A model generated the notes under the pieces. That model saw only the letters and a list, made by a program, of their open reading frames with translations. It had not been told where the DNA came from and searched no databases. Of a stretch of 40,417 nucleotides of DNA, positions 17,269 to 27,132 are shown in pieces (positions within the stretch are counted from its first letter, which is position 1; each line of letters starts with the position of its first letter). The translations under genes were made by a program, and so were the position numbers. Origin of the DNA: an uncultured Planctomycetia bacterium (lineage in GTDB: Bacteria; Omnitrophota; Gorgyraeia; JABMRG01); assembly GCA_964493115.1 (NCBI GenBank), contig CAZBNF010000003.1:1-40417 (forward strand), written 5' to 3'.

Positions 17269-18201
17269 ATGGCTTTTATTTCATCAAAGGCTTTATTTGA
17301 AAAGGCGTTGAAAGAAGGTTACGCGGTAGGGGCTTTTAATGTAAACAACATGGAGATAGTCCAGGGCATAACAGAGGCGATAAAGGAAAAAAATGCCCCC
17401 TTGATATTACAGGTATCAGCAGGGGCGCGTAAGTATGCAAAACACGCTTATCTTATTCATCTTATACAGGCTGCTATGGAAGATACAGGGCTTGATATTG
17501 TACTCCATCTTGACCACGGAGAAGATTTCCAGATATGTAAGTCATGTATAGACGGGGGATTTAGCTCTGTTATGATAGACGGCTCAAAGCATCCTCTCGA
17601 AGAGAATATACGCTTAACAAAACAGGTGGTTGATTATGCTCATTCCAAGGGTGTTGTAGTTGAGGCAGAGCTTGGGAGATTGAAAGGTATTGAGGATAGT
17701 ATATCTGTATCTGAGAAAGAGGCTATATTGACTGATCCCGATGAGGCGGTAAGGCTTGTGAAAGAGACAAGATGTGATTCCCTTGCCATTGCTATAGGGA
17801 CAAGCCACGGTGCTTATAAGTTCAGCGGCGCCGGCGAACCAAAACTTTATTTTGACAGGCTTAAGGAGATACAGGATAAGCTCCCTGGATATCCTCTCGT
17901 GCTTCATGGGGCATCAAGTGTGTTGCCTGAGCTGGTAGAGATCTGCAATCAGCACGGCGGAAAGCTCCCAGGGGCTAAAGGCGTCCCTGAACCAGCAATC
18001 ACTAAAGCCGCTAGCATGAATGTATGTAAGGTAAATATAGATACTGATCTTCGCCTTGCAATGACAGCAACGATACGCGCGGAATTTGACCGCACACCAG
18101 CCAACTTTGATCCTAGGAATTATCTAGGCCCTGCACGCGAGGCAATAAAAAAGGTAGTAGCCCATAAGATAGATATACTCGGTTGTGCCAACAAAGCATA
18201 G
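17269..18201 (+). CDS. fba: Class II fructose-1,6-bisphosphate aldolase
   Basis: Supported by GYAVGAFNVNNMEIVQGI, LHLDHGEDF, EAELGRLKGIED, SLAIAIGTSHGAYKF and LVLHGASS. The start is trimmed to ATG 17269, which has an AAAGGGGTAGG RBS. Confidence 0.92.
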   Translation: MAFISSKALFEKALKEGYAVGAFNVNNMEIVQGITEAIKEKNAPLILQVSAGARKYAKHAYLIHLIQAAMEDTGLDIVLHLDHGEDFQICKSCIDGGFSSVMIDGSKHPLEENIRLTKQVVDYAHSKGVVVEAELGRLKGIEDSISVSEKEAILTDPDEAVRLVKETRCDSLAIAIGTSHGAYKFSGAGEPKLYFDRLKEIQDKLPGYPLVLHGASSVLPELVEICNQHGGKLPGAKGVPEPAITKAASMNVCKVNIDTDLRLAMTATIRAEFDRTPANFDPRNYLGPAREAIKKVVAHKIDILGCANKA

Positions 18202-18204
18202 CGT

Positions 18205-18870
18205 ATGACGAAACCCTATATATCAAAATATATAGAAGACACCTACATTGAAATGATACTCAGGTTTGCTATTGCGGCTGAGTATAAGGATGATGAGATA
18301 GGCCGTCATATCATAAGGGTAAGCGATTACTCGACAGCCATAGCAAGGGCACTGAACTTTTCATCAAAGAAACTCAAGATTATCAGGTTCGCCTCTATAA
18401 TGCATGATATTGGTAAAATCGGAGTTTCAAGTGTGATACTTCATAAAAAAGATATAACCGCAAGCGACTACGATAAGATAAAAAATCACACTAAAATAGG
18501 CGGTAGGATATTTTCAGGCTCATTATCTCCGGTGCTTCAGGCAGCAGGTGAAATCGCGCTTTACCACCATGAGTGGTATGATGGAAGCGGCTATCCTTTT
18601 GGGCTTCATGGCAAACAAATCCCACTGTATGCCAGAATAGTAACATTGGCGGATGCCTTTGACGCGATAGTCTCGGAAAGATCGTATAAAAAATCCGAGA
18701 CAATCGATTATGCCATTGAGGCAATAAAAAAAAGAAGCGGCACGCAGTTTGATTCTGGCATAGTTGATGCTTTTATCAGGATAGTTCCTTCCATGAAAGA
18801 CATATTAAAAGCAACCAACACGATAGACGATTTCTTAAAAGAAAATAAGAGGTTTCTTAAGGCCCTTTAG
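18205..18870 (+). CDS. Stand-alone HD-GYP domain phosphohydrolase (putative c-di-GMP phosphodiesterase)
   Basis: Supported by MHDIGKIGV, HHEWYDGSGYPFGL and TLADAFDAIVSERSYK. No receiver or sensor domain is present. Confidence 0.8.
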   Translation: MTKPYISKYIEDTYIEMILRFAIAAEYKDDEIGRHIIRVSDYSTAIARALNFSSKKLKIIRFASIMHDIGKIGVSSVILHKKDITASDYDKIKNHTKIGGRIFSGSLSPVLQAAGEIALYHHEWYDGSGYPFGLHGKQIPLYARIVTLADAFDAIVSERSYKKSETIDYAIEAIKKRSGTQFDSGIVDAFIRIVPSMKDILKATNTIDDFLKENKRFLKAL

Positions 18871-18884
18871 GAGAAACAATTGTT

Positions 18885-20498
18885 ATGACAAGAGAGCTTA
18901 TATTTGGTATATTCGGAGGGCTAGGCCTGTTTGTGTATGGTATACACATCATGGGAGATGGCCTTCAAAGGGTAGCTGGTGATAAATTTCGTAATGTCTT
19001 AAAGGCCCTTACATCAAACCCCTTAAAAGGTGTTTTAGTAGGAGCTGGTATTACCGCCCTTATACAAAGCTCAAGCGCGACAACTGTTTTAGTTGTTGGC
19101 TTTGTAAATGCAGGCCTTATGACACTTTCGCAGTCCTTAGGTGTTATATTTGGTGCTAACGTTGGTACCACGATTACCGCCCAGATCATTGCTTTTAAAC
19201 TAACAGATTATGCTTTGCCTATAGTAGGTATAGGTATGATTCTTTATATATTTGCGAAAAAGAGATTTTGGAAATTCTTAGGCCTGTTTTGCTTAGGATT
19301 TGGAATTCTTTTTTTAGGTTTAAGTATAATGACAAGCGTTGTAAAGCCTTTTGCGGATCATCCGGCTGTTATAAATGCCTTTGCTTCTATCAACGGGAGA
19401 GTTCTTTACGGCGTGCTTGTAGGCGTGTTAATTACAGCCCTTTTGCAGAGCTCAAGCGTTACAGTGGGTATGGTATTAGGGTTTGCCTCAATAGGCCTTA
19501 TAACTATAGAGGGCGCAATACCAATAATATTAGGCGCCAATATAGGAACCTGTATTACTATTATAATAGCTTCAATAGGCGCTAATGTTGCCGCTAAAAG
19601 AACCGCAGCAGCGCACCTTCTTTATAATATAATAGGCGCTGTAATATTTCTTACAGTGCTTAAGCCTTTTACAGGGCTTATCACGCATACTTCTAGTAAT
19701 CTGTTGAGGCAAATTGCTAATGCGCATACTATTATGAAAATAATCGAAACCCTTATATATCTGCCGTTTATCGGTTTGTTTGCAAAGGCGGTTGAGCGCA
19801 TTGTCCCGGGCGAGGAGATTGTTATAGAGACAGGTCCCAAGTATCTGGAAAAGCACCTTATAAATACCCCCGTTTTTGCACTTGACGCGGCCTCAAAAGA
19901 GATAGTCAGGATGGCACAGGCGGCAAAAGTAATGGTTGATGAGGCATCAGCTGGATTTTTAAACCTTGATGAAAAGATCTTAAAGAATCTTCCCAAAAGA
20001 GAAGAGGCATTAGATGGGCTTCAGGAGTCTATCACAGATTATCTTATGCTCCTTACCCAGCGTGACTTAAGCGAAGAAGAGGCCCGTAAGATACCGGCAT
20101 TCTTGCATTCTGTAAATGATATAGAGAGAATAGGAGACCATTCCGAAAACATTATGGAGCTTGCCTTAAGGAGGATTAATTCAGACCTTCCTTTCAGCCA
20201 GGATGCCATAGATGAGATAAGGCTTATGCTGTCGCATGTTGATAACATGATGCAGCATGCAGTAGATGCATTAAACGATAATTCAATTGAAAAAGCTGAA
20301 GAGGCTTTACATTTAGAGAACAAGGTAAACGAGTTTACGGAGACTCTCCGTAAAAATCATATTGATAGATTAAGCCAAAACAAATGTAATGTACTCTCTG
20401 GCATAATGTTTCTTGATATGGTAAGTAACTTTGAAAAAATAGGTGACCATGTTACCAACATTGCCCAGGCGGTAATGGGCAGACTCCAGTGGGATTAA
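18885..20498 (+). CDS. Na+/phosphate cotransporter family protein with C-terminal PhoU-like repeats
   Basis: The Na/Pi cotransporter membrane motif is duplicated (LIQSSSATTVLVVGF and LLQSSSVTVGMVLGF). The C-terminus carries two PhoU-like helical repeats (NDIERIGDHSENI and SNFEKIGDHVTNI). Confidence 0.85.
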   Translation: MTRELIFGIFGGLGLFVYGIHIMGDGLQRVAGDKFRNVLKALTSNPLKGVLVGAGITALIQSSSATTVLVVGFVNAGLMTLSQSLGVIFGANVGTTITAQIIAFKLTDYALPIVGIGMILYIFAKKRFWKFLGLFCLGFGILFLGLSIMTSVVKPFADHPAVINAFASINGRVLYGVLVGVLITALLQSSSVTVGMVLGFASIGLITIEGAIPIILGANIGTCITIIIASIGANVAAKRTAAAHLLYNIIGAVIFLTVLKPFTGLITHTSSNLLRQIANAHTIMKIIETLIYLPFIGLFAKAVERIVPGEEIVIETGPKYLEKHLINTPVFALDAASKEIVRMAQAAKVMVDEASAGFLNLDEKILKNLPKREEALDGLQESITDYLMLLTQRDLSEEEARKIPAFLHSVNDIERIGDHSENIMELALRRINSDLPFSQDAIDEIRLMLSHVDNMMQHAVDALNDNSIEKAEEALHLENKVNEFTETLRKNHIDRLSQNKCNVLSGIMFLDMVSNFEKIGDHVTNIAQAVMGRLQWD

Positions 20499-20516
20499 GG
20501 AGAAAAGGCATTTAAA

Positions 20517-20720
20517 ATGGAATGCAAGATAGCCAAAAATAAGAATACATGTAATTGCAGCTATGAGCCATGTAGCAGGAAAGGCGTATGCTGTGAATGC
20601 GTAGCATATCACAGAAAAAATGACCAGCTTCCCGCCTGTTATTTTTCGGATGATGCTGAAAAGACTTACGACCGCAGCATAGAGAATTTTATACGCCACT
20701 ACAGAGGTTTAAAACATTAG
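20517..20720 (+). CDS. Small cysteine-rich cytoplasmic protein, function unknown
   Basis: It is 67 aa with 8 Cys within the first 41 residues ([39 protein letters not shown]). A GGAG is present 13-16 nt upstream of the ATG, a long spacing. The stop overlaps the GTG start of the next gene by 1 nt. Confidence 0.55.
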   Translation: MECKIAKNKNTCNCSYEPCSRKGVCCECVAYHRKNDQLPACYFSDDAEKTYDRSIENFIRHYRGLKH

Positions 20721-21802
20721 TGAAAGACAAAAAATATTTAAAAAATAGGGCTGAGGTTATTTTCTTGGCCCTATTTTTTATTTTTGCCATAACATTATTA
20801 ATTTCCCCCATCGCATATTCCTACGATAAATCCGATCCCAGAGATTCCCAAAGCCCTTACGGAGTCCTAGATTTTCTTATGTGGAATCATGAGTGGAATT
20901 ATTATCATTATGATACCAAAGAAAAGATAGAGCGTGCTGTTGATATGATGAAAGACGCCGGTATCGGGTTTGTCCGCATGGATTTTCTATGGTATGACAT
21001 AGAGCCTGTCCCCGGACACTTTGATTTCGCCAAGTACGATATGATAGTCGATATCATAAGGAAAAGAGGTATAAGCGTATTAGGCATCCTGCATTATAAC
21101 CCATCTTGGGACAACGAGCCCTGGAACAAGGCGCCCAATATAGAATTATATACCAAGTACGCGTGCAAGGTAGTTGAGCATTTTAAAGATAGAATTATGT
21201 ATTGGGAGATATGGAATGAACCGGATGAGCCTGAATACTGGATCCCGCAGGATGAGATGAAAACCTATACGGCCTTGCTAAAGAGGGTATATCCTGCAAT
21301 TAAAAAAGTTGACCCAAGCTGCAAGGTGTTGATGGGAGGGGTATCTAATAAAATACCCTATTCCCTTAAAAGAATATATGAAAACAATGGAAAAGATTTT
21401 TTTGATATAATAAACATCCATCCATTCGAAAATCCCGGCGGAGAGGACCCCGTAAAAAAAATATATTACACTTATAAAGCGGTGCGCGATGTCATGGAAA
21501 AATACGATGATTACGATAAAAGCATATGGTTTACTGAGATAGGCTGTCCGGGCGTGAAAACATCTTCAAAGAGAATAGGGTGGTGGTTCGGGCAGGGTCC
21601 TGATGAACAGGTACAGGCTGAATGGGTCAGGCAGATATACGATAATTGCCTTAAATGGCAGGGCGTTGATAAGGTATTTTGGGCTTTCTTTAGAGACACA
21701 GACTGTCATTTTAAATCTGCTGTGGATTATTTCGGCCTTGTAAGAAATGATTTCAGTGAAAAACCCTCCTACCAGGCTTATAAAGATATTGCGGGAAAAT
21801 AA
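20720..21802 (+). CDS. Membrane-anchored or secreted clan GH-A TIM-barrel glycoside hydrolase (PslG/GH5/GH39-like)
   Basis: The N-terminus has a hydrophobic anchor. FVRMDFLWYDIEP and WEIWNEPD are present, the latter being the NEP acid/base motif of clan A hydrolases. FTEIGCPG is a candidate nucleophile Glu. The family assignment is approximate. Confidence 0.6.
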   Translation: MKDKKYLKNRAEVIFLALFFIFAITLLISPIAYSYDKSDPRDSQSPYGVLDFLMWNHEWNYYHYDTKEKIERAVDMMKDAGIGFVRMDFLWYDIEPVPGHFDFAKYDMIVDIIRKRGISVLGILHYNPSWDNEPWNKAPNIELYTKYACKVVEHFKDRIMYWEIWNEPDEPEYWIPQDEMKTYTALLKRVYPAIKKVDPSCKVLMGGVSNKIPYSLKRIYENNGKDFFDIINIHPFENPGGEDPVKKIYYTYKAVRDVMEKYDDYDKSIWFTEIGCPGVKTSSKRIGWWFGQGPDEQVQAEWVRQIYDNCLKWQGVDKVFWAFFRDTDCHFKSAVDYFGLVRNDFSEKPSYQAYKDIAGK

Positions 21803-21806
21803 CAGC

Positions 21807-22655
21807 ATGGATTATTACAAGCATTCTGACTACCTAAGAAAAAGATTCGGGGTAAAAGTTCATAAGGTAAGTGTGGATGCGGGATTTGCATGCCCTAACA
21901 GAGACGGAAAAATAAGCCGCACAGGGTGTATCTATTGCGATAACAAGGCCTTTAACTTTCAGTCTCGTAGCGGGCATAAGTTATCTATTGAAGAACAGAT
22001 AGAAACAGGTATGGCTCAGGCCAGAAAACGTTTTAAGGCTGAGAAATTCATAGTGTATTTTCAAGCGAACACCAATACGTATGCTTCTTTGGAGGAGCTT
22101 AAGGATAAATATAATGTTGTAAAAAAATTTAAAGATGTGGTTTCCATATCCATTGCCACAAGGCCCGACTGCGTCGATAAAGACATATTGAATCTTATAT
22201 CAGGCTATGCCAGAGATTATGAGGTATGGATTGAATACGGACTTCAGAGTATTCATGATAAAACGCTTGAGTTTATAAACCGCGGGCACAATTATGATGC
22301 TTTTCTGAAGGCCTTTGCCCTGACAAGAGAGTATCCTGTCAGGGTGTGCGTTCATGTGATATTGGGCCTGCCGGGCGAGACAGAAGACATGATGATGAAG
22401 ACAGCCACAGAAGTGGCGCGTTTAAAAATAGACGCTATTAAGATACACCCCCTGCATATCGTAAGAGGTACTGTCCTGGAAAAGGTATATCAGGAGGGGG
22501 CCTGTACCCCGCTTGGCCTTGAGGAATATTCCAGGCTCTTGAAAGAGTTCATAAAGCGCCTCCCTTCAGATGTCATAGTCCAAAGACTAAGTGCCTATTG
22601 CCCAAAGGACATATTAGTTGCCCCTGCATGGGTTTCAGAAAGACACGTGTTTTAA
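21807..22655 (+). CDS. Radical SAM protein, TIGR01212-like
   Basis: The N-terminal cluster motif is VSVDAGFACPNRDGKISRTGCIYCDN. The size of ~282 aa and IKIHPLHIVRGT are typical of that family. The start is trimmed to ATG 21807. Confidence 0.7.
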   Translation: MDYYKHSDYLRKRFGVKVHKVSVDAGFACPNRDGKISRTGCIYCDNKAFNFQSRSGHKLSIEEQIETGMAQARKRFKAEKFIVYFQANTNTYASLEELKDKYNVVKKFKDVVSISIATRPDCVDKDILNLISGYARDYEVWIEYGLQSIHDKTLEFINRGHNYDAFLKAFALTREYPVRVCVHVILGLPGETEDMMMKTATEVARLKIDAIKIHPLHIVRGTVLEKVYQEGACTPLGLEEYSRLLKEFIKRLPSDVIVQRLSAYCPKDILVAPAWVSERHVF

Positions 22656-22658
22656 GCT

Positions 22659-22761
22659 AATCTTCCGTGCCTTTACTTTCGCAGCGATGGTATTTTTGCG
22701 TATTATTTGAAATCAGGGCAAAAAAAGCCGAATCGCTGCTCCAGCAAAGGCGCGGAAGATT
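22659..22761 (+). repeat. ~100-nt structured intergenic repeat, copy C
   Basis: Sequence: AATCTTCCGTGCCTTTACT TTC GCAGCGAT GG TATTTTTGC [GTATTATTTGAAATCAGG] GCAAAAAAA GCCGA ATCGCTGC TCC AGCAAAGGCGCGGAAGATT. It starts 3 nt after the upstream stop codon. Confidence 0.85.
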
Positions 22762-22857
22762 TTTTCATAAGGATGCTTCGATAGTTTTTATTTTTTCTTT
22801 ACTTACTATAATACTCTATGTTATAATAAATTTTCCTTAAACCCCATATCGTGCACA

Positions 22858-23955
22858 ATGAAAAATAAAGCATTAAAACAGACCCCCTTATTAAATCAGC
22901 ATAAAGACTTAGGCGCAAAGCTCGGCCCTTTTGGCGGTTGGCTTATGCCCATACAGTATGAAGGCATAATCGCAGAGCATATTTGGACCAGGCAGTCAGC
23001 GTCATTGTTTGATATCTGCCACATGGGGGAGTTTTTGATCCACGCAGAACCCAAAAACATAGAGTCAGACAATATATTTACATTCAGATTATCATCTATG
23101 CCGCTCGGCAGTTGCAAGTATGGTTTTATGCTTAATGAAACAGGCGGTATAATAGATGACCTTGTAGCATACAGGCTGGAAACAGGTAAGTGGATGATAG
23201 TCGTAAACGCCTCTACCAAAGATAAAGATCTCTTGCATATAAGCGGCAATCTGTCGCCAGAGATTATAATAGAAGATATATCAGCCAAAACCGCCAAACT
23301 TGACCTTCAGGGCCCTCTTTCAGGAGATATTATTAGCCAGCTGGCAGGAGAAGGCATAGGTGGTCTTAAATATTATCAATGCGGAAACTTTATATTGCTC
23401 AATCGAAACGTTATTATAAGCCGTACTGGATATACAGGAGAACTTGGTTTTGAGATATATGCAGACAGGCAAGAGACTGCAGATATATGGGATATTATTC
23501 TTGCGGATAAAAGAGTAAAGCCAGCAGGCCTTGGCGCAAGGGATACCCTGAGGCTCGAAATGTGCTATCCATTGTATGGCCAGGATATTGATGATAAGAC
23601 CACCCCTCTTGAGGCAGGGCTTGAACAATTTGTGGATTTTAAAAAAGATTTTATAGGTAAAAATGCCTTGCTTAAACAGCGCGAGGAAGGTGCAAGCAAG
23701 AAGATCATATCATTTATTTCAGATACCAGAAGAAGCCCGCGGCATGGCGATAAGATATATTCAGAAGACAAAGAGGTAGGCTTTGTCGCAAGCGGGTCAT
23801 TTTCCCCAAGCCTGGGATTTGGAATAGGGATTGGTTATGTTGAGAATGGCTATGACTGGATCGGAGCTCATATATCAATAAGGAATGAAAGGTCTGAATT
23901 GGCCGCACAGATAACAGACAGACCATTTTACAGGAAAGGAACAGCGAGAAGATGA
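22858..23955 (+). CDS. gcvT: Glycine cleavage system aminomethyltransferase (T protein)
   Basis: Supported by TPLLNQHKDLGAKLGPFGGWLMPIQY, FDICHMGEF, ISRTGYTGELGFEIY and GLGARDTLRLEM. Confidence 0.92.
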   Translation: MKNKALKQTPLLNQHKDLGAKLGPFGGWLMPIQYEGIIAEHIWTRQSASLFDICHMGEFLIHAEPKNIESDNIFTFRLSSMPLGSCKYGFMLNETGGIIDDLVAYRLETGKWMIVVNASTKDKDLLHISGNLSPEIIIEDISAKTAKLDLQGPLSGDIISQLAGEGIGGLKYYQCGNFILLNRNVIISRTGYTGELGFEIYADRQETADIWDIILADKRVKPAGLGARDTLRLEMCYPLYGQDIDDKTTPLEAGLEQFVDFKKDFIGKNALLKQREEGASKKIISFISDTRRSPRHGDKIYSEDKEVGFVASGSFSPSLGFGIGIGYVENGYDWIGAHISIRNERSELAAQITDRPFYRKGTARR

Positions 23956-24341
23956 ACGTGCCGGAAGATTTACTTTATACAAAGGAACACGAATGGATAA
24001 AAATAGATGAGAAGCTGGCAACCATAGGGATTACGGATTACGCCCAGCACTCATTAGGCGATATAACTTTTGTTCAACTGCCTGAGGCCGGTGCAGACAT
24101 AAATAAGTCAGCGGTGCTGGCAACGGTTGAGTCTGTAAAGGCCGCATCGGATGTGTATGCGCCATTAACAGGCAAAATGACCAAGATTAATCAGGATATT
24201 GTTGATAGCCCGGAGCTTGTGAATCAATCTCCTTATGAAAAAGCATGGTTTGTAATTATTCAGGTAAAAGACTTCGCAGAGAAGGAAAGCCTGTTAAACC
24301 CGTCGGATTATAAAAAATACCTGGATGAACTGGCAAAATGA
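23952..24341 (+). CDS. gcvH: Glycine cleavage system H protein
   Basis: YTKEHEWI is present, and ESVKAASDVYAPL contains the lipoyl-lysine motif. Length 129 aa. Confidence 0.93.
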   Translation: MNVPEDLLYTKEHEWIKIDEKLATIGITDYAQHSLGDITFVQLPEAGADINKSAVLATVESVKAASDVYAPLTGKMTKINQDIVDSPELVNQSPYEKAWFVIIQVKDFAEKESLLNPSDYKKYLDELAK

Positions 24342-25669
24342 GTTATATCCCCCATACAAAAAAACAAACCGAACAGATGCTTGAGACTATAGGCGCTTCA
24401 TCTATTGAAGAGCTCTTTAGTGATATAGGCCCCTCATTAAGGCCTAAATCATTTAATATCCCAAGTGGTATCTCGGAATCTCAGATTGTCTGCTACATGA
24501 ATGAACTTGCGTCGAAAAACACCATTGACCTTAAGAGTTTTCTTGGCGCAGGGTTCTATGACCATTATATACCCGCGGCAGTTGATGCGCTAGCCAATCG
24601 CTCAGAGTTTTATACAGCGTATACCCCGTATCAACCGGAATGTTCCCAGGGATGGCTCCAGGCTATATATGAATATCAGACCGCCATATGCCAGCTTACA
24701 GGCCTGGATGCGGCTAATGCCTCATTGTATGATGGAGGCACAGCTATTTATGAAGCAGCTATGATGGCAATAAGGGTAACCGGGCGAAACAAGATAATAA
24801 TGGACAGCGGGTTGAACATGATATACAGGACCATGCTTTATACCTATACATCAAACCTTAATATAGAATTTGTAGAGACTCCTGTTGTGCATGGCCAAAG
24901 TTGCCGTGAAGAAATCTATAAGCATTTAGATGATAAGACCGCGGCAGTGATAGTGCAGAACCCAAACTTTTTTGGTGCTGTTGACAACCATTCAGACATT
25001 GTGGATAAGGCGCATTCTTTCGGGGCCTTGGCCATAATGAGCGTTTATCCTGTTTCTCTTGGGCTGCTACAGAGCCCCGGCGAGATGGGTGTAGATATAG
25101 CAACAGGAGAGGGCCAGAGTCTAGGCATACCTCTTTCTTTTGGAGGACCTTATCTTGGTTTTATGGCGTGTAAGCAGTCTCTTGTACGCAAAATGCCGGG
25201 CAGGATAGTAGGAGCTACTGTTGACAAAGACGGAAAACGCGGTTTTGTACTTACTTTACAGGCAAGAGAACAACACATAAGACGAGAACGGGCAACTTCA
25301 AATATATGCTCAAACGAGGCCTTATGCGCGCTGAGGGCCTCTATATATCTGTCATTACTAGGTAAGGCAGGCATATCGGAACTTGCAAAATTAAATTATG
25401 ATAAGGCTGAATATGCAAAAGACTGCCTTGGAAAGATTCCGGGTGTTCAGGTTAAAAGAAGCTCGCCTACATTTAATGAATTTACGATTCTTATCAATAA
25501 AAATGCTGATGTTGTTGTGGAGAAGATGATAGATAAGGGTTTTGCCCCGGGTTTTCCTTTGGGGAGATTCTATAAAGGCATGAACAATTATCTCCTTGTT
25601 GCTGTTACAGAAAAAAAGACAAAAAACGATATAGACCAATTTGCCCATGCGCTGGAAAAGGTGTTATGA
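24338..25669 (+). CDS. gcvPA: Glycine dehydrogenase (decarboxylating) subunit 1
   Basis: Supported by FLGAGFYDHYIPAAVD, YTPYQPECSQGWLQAIYEYQT, REQHIRRERATSNICSNEAL, and its position between gcvH and gcvPB. Confidence 0.92.
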   Translation: MSYIPHTKKQTEQMLETIGASSIEELFSDIGPSLRPKSFNIPSGISESQIVCYMNELASKNTIDLKSFLGAGFYDHYIPAAVDALANRSEFYTAYTPYQPECSQGWLQAIYEYQTAICQLTGLDAANASLYDGGTAIYEAAMMAIRVTGRNKIIMDSGLNMIYRTMLYTYTSNLNIEFVETPVVHGQSCREEIYKHLDDKTAAVIVQNPNFFGAVDNHSDIVDKAHSFGALAIMSVYPVSLGLLQSPGEMGVDIATGEGQSLGIPLSFGGPYLGFMACKQSLVRKMPGRIVGATVDKDGKRGFVLTLQAREQHIRRERATSNICSNEALCALRASIYLSLLGKAGISELAKLNYDKAEYAKDCLGKIPGVQVKRSSPTFNEFTILINKNADVVVEKMIDKGFAPGFPLGRFYKGMNNYLLVAVTEKKTKNDIDQFAHALEKVL

Positions 25670-27132
25670 AGTTAATATATGAAAAAAGCGTAATATCAAG
25701 AAAAGGATTTAAACTTCCTCAACCAGATGTACCTCGGCGGGGCAGTATTGACTCTAAGTATGCCCGCAGGCAGGCCCCATGCCTTCCTGAGGTATCTGAG
25801 CTTGATGTTGTCAGGCATTACACAAATCTTTCGCGCATGAATTTCTCAGTGGATAATAATTTCTATCCTCTTGGATCCTGTACCATGAAATATAATCCAA
25901 AATTTGCAGAAAAGATTGCAGGCATGGAAGGGTTCTCTGACCTTCACCCTCTTATGCCGCAGCTATTAGGAGGAGGAAGGCTTTCTCAAGGGGCTTTGGA
26001 GGTTATATATAATACAGAAAAATTGCTATGTGAGATTACGGGCATGGAGGCATTTACAATGCAGCCTCTGGCAGGTGCCCACGGGGAACTCACAGGCATA
26101 ATGCTCATAGCAGCGTATCATAAGAGTAAAGGCCGCCGCAGAAAACATGTTATTGTCCCGGACTCGTCCCATGGCACTAACCCCGCAAGCGCTGCAATAG
26201 CAGGATACGATGTGGTAGTCGTAAAAACAGATAAAGCAGGTTGTATGGATATGGAAAAGTTTAAGGATGCCTTAAACGAAGATACCGCCGCTGTTATGCT
26301 TACATGCCCTAATACGCTTGGCATATTCAATACCAGGATAAAGGAGATTACGGATCTCGCGCATTCAGTGGATGCCCTGGTGTATTATGATGGGGCAAAC
26401 CTTAATGCGATAATGGGCAAGTGCCGTCCGGGAGACATAGGTTTTGATGTTGTGCATCTTAATCTTCACAAGACATTTGCGACGCCACATGGAGGCGGAG
26501 GTCCGGGGGCAGGGCCTGTTGGGGTAAGTGAAAGCTTGGTTGAATTTCTGCCCATATCAAGGGTAATGAAAAGGCCTGCAGGGGCTCTTTATCTTGATTA
26601 TAATAATTCGAAATCAATAGGCTATATTGCGCCTTTTTATGGAAATTTTGGGGTGATATTAAAGGCTTATGCTTATATTCTTTTTCTTGGGCGGGAAGGG
26701 TTGATAGAGGCAAGCGAATATGCGGTACTTAATGCCAACTATTGCCTTGCCCGGCTTAGAGAATATTATGATGTTTCCTATGATAGAAGATGTATGCATG
26801 AGTGTGTATTATCAGCTCAAAGGCAGGCAAAGAAAGGCGTGCGTGCGCTTGATATAGCGAAATATCTCATTGACCAGGGTTTTCATCCTCCAACTATATA
26901 TTTTCCTCTTATCGTAAAAGAGGCGATGATGATAGAGCCTACTGAAACAGAATCAAAAGAGACTCTGGATGAATTTATAGATGCAATGATCGCTGCCGCA
27001 GGATTAGCCCAGGCAGATCCGCAGAGGCTTATGGATGCACCTCTTACAATGCCAATAAAGCGCCTTGACGAGACAAAGGCAGCCCGAGATCTAGACCTCT
27101 GCTGGAAACCCGATTTTATAAAAACTTCTTAG
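25666..27132 (+). CDS. gcvPB: Glycine dehydrogenase (decarboxylating) subunit 2
   Basis: Supported by YPLGSCTMKYNPK and SSHGTNPASA. NLHKTFATPHGGGGPGAGP contains the PLP-binding Lys. Confidence 0.92.
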   Translation: MKLIYEKSVISRKGFKLPQPDVPRRGSIDSKYARRQAPCLPEVSELDVVRHYTNLSRMNFSVDNNFYPLGSCTMKYNPKFAEKIAGMEGFSDLHPLMPQLLGGGRLSQGALEVIYNTEKLLCEITGMEAFTMQPLAGAHGELTGIMLIAAYHKSKGRRRKHVIVPDSSHGTNPASAAIAGYDVVVVKTDKAGCMDMEKFKDALNEDTAAVMLTCPNTLGIFNTRIKEITDLAHSVDALVYYDGANLNAIMGKCRPGDIGFDVVHLNLHKTFATPHGGGGPGAGPVGVSESLVEFLPISRVMKRPAGALYLDYNNSKSIGYIAPFYGNFGVILKAYAYILFLGREGLIEASEYAVLNANYCLARLREYYDVSYDRRCMHECVLSAQRQAKKGVRALDIAKYLIDQGFHPPTIYFPLIVKEAMMIEPTETESKETLDEFIDAMIAAAGLAQADPQRLMDAPLTMPIKRLDETKAARDLDLCWKPDFIKTS

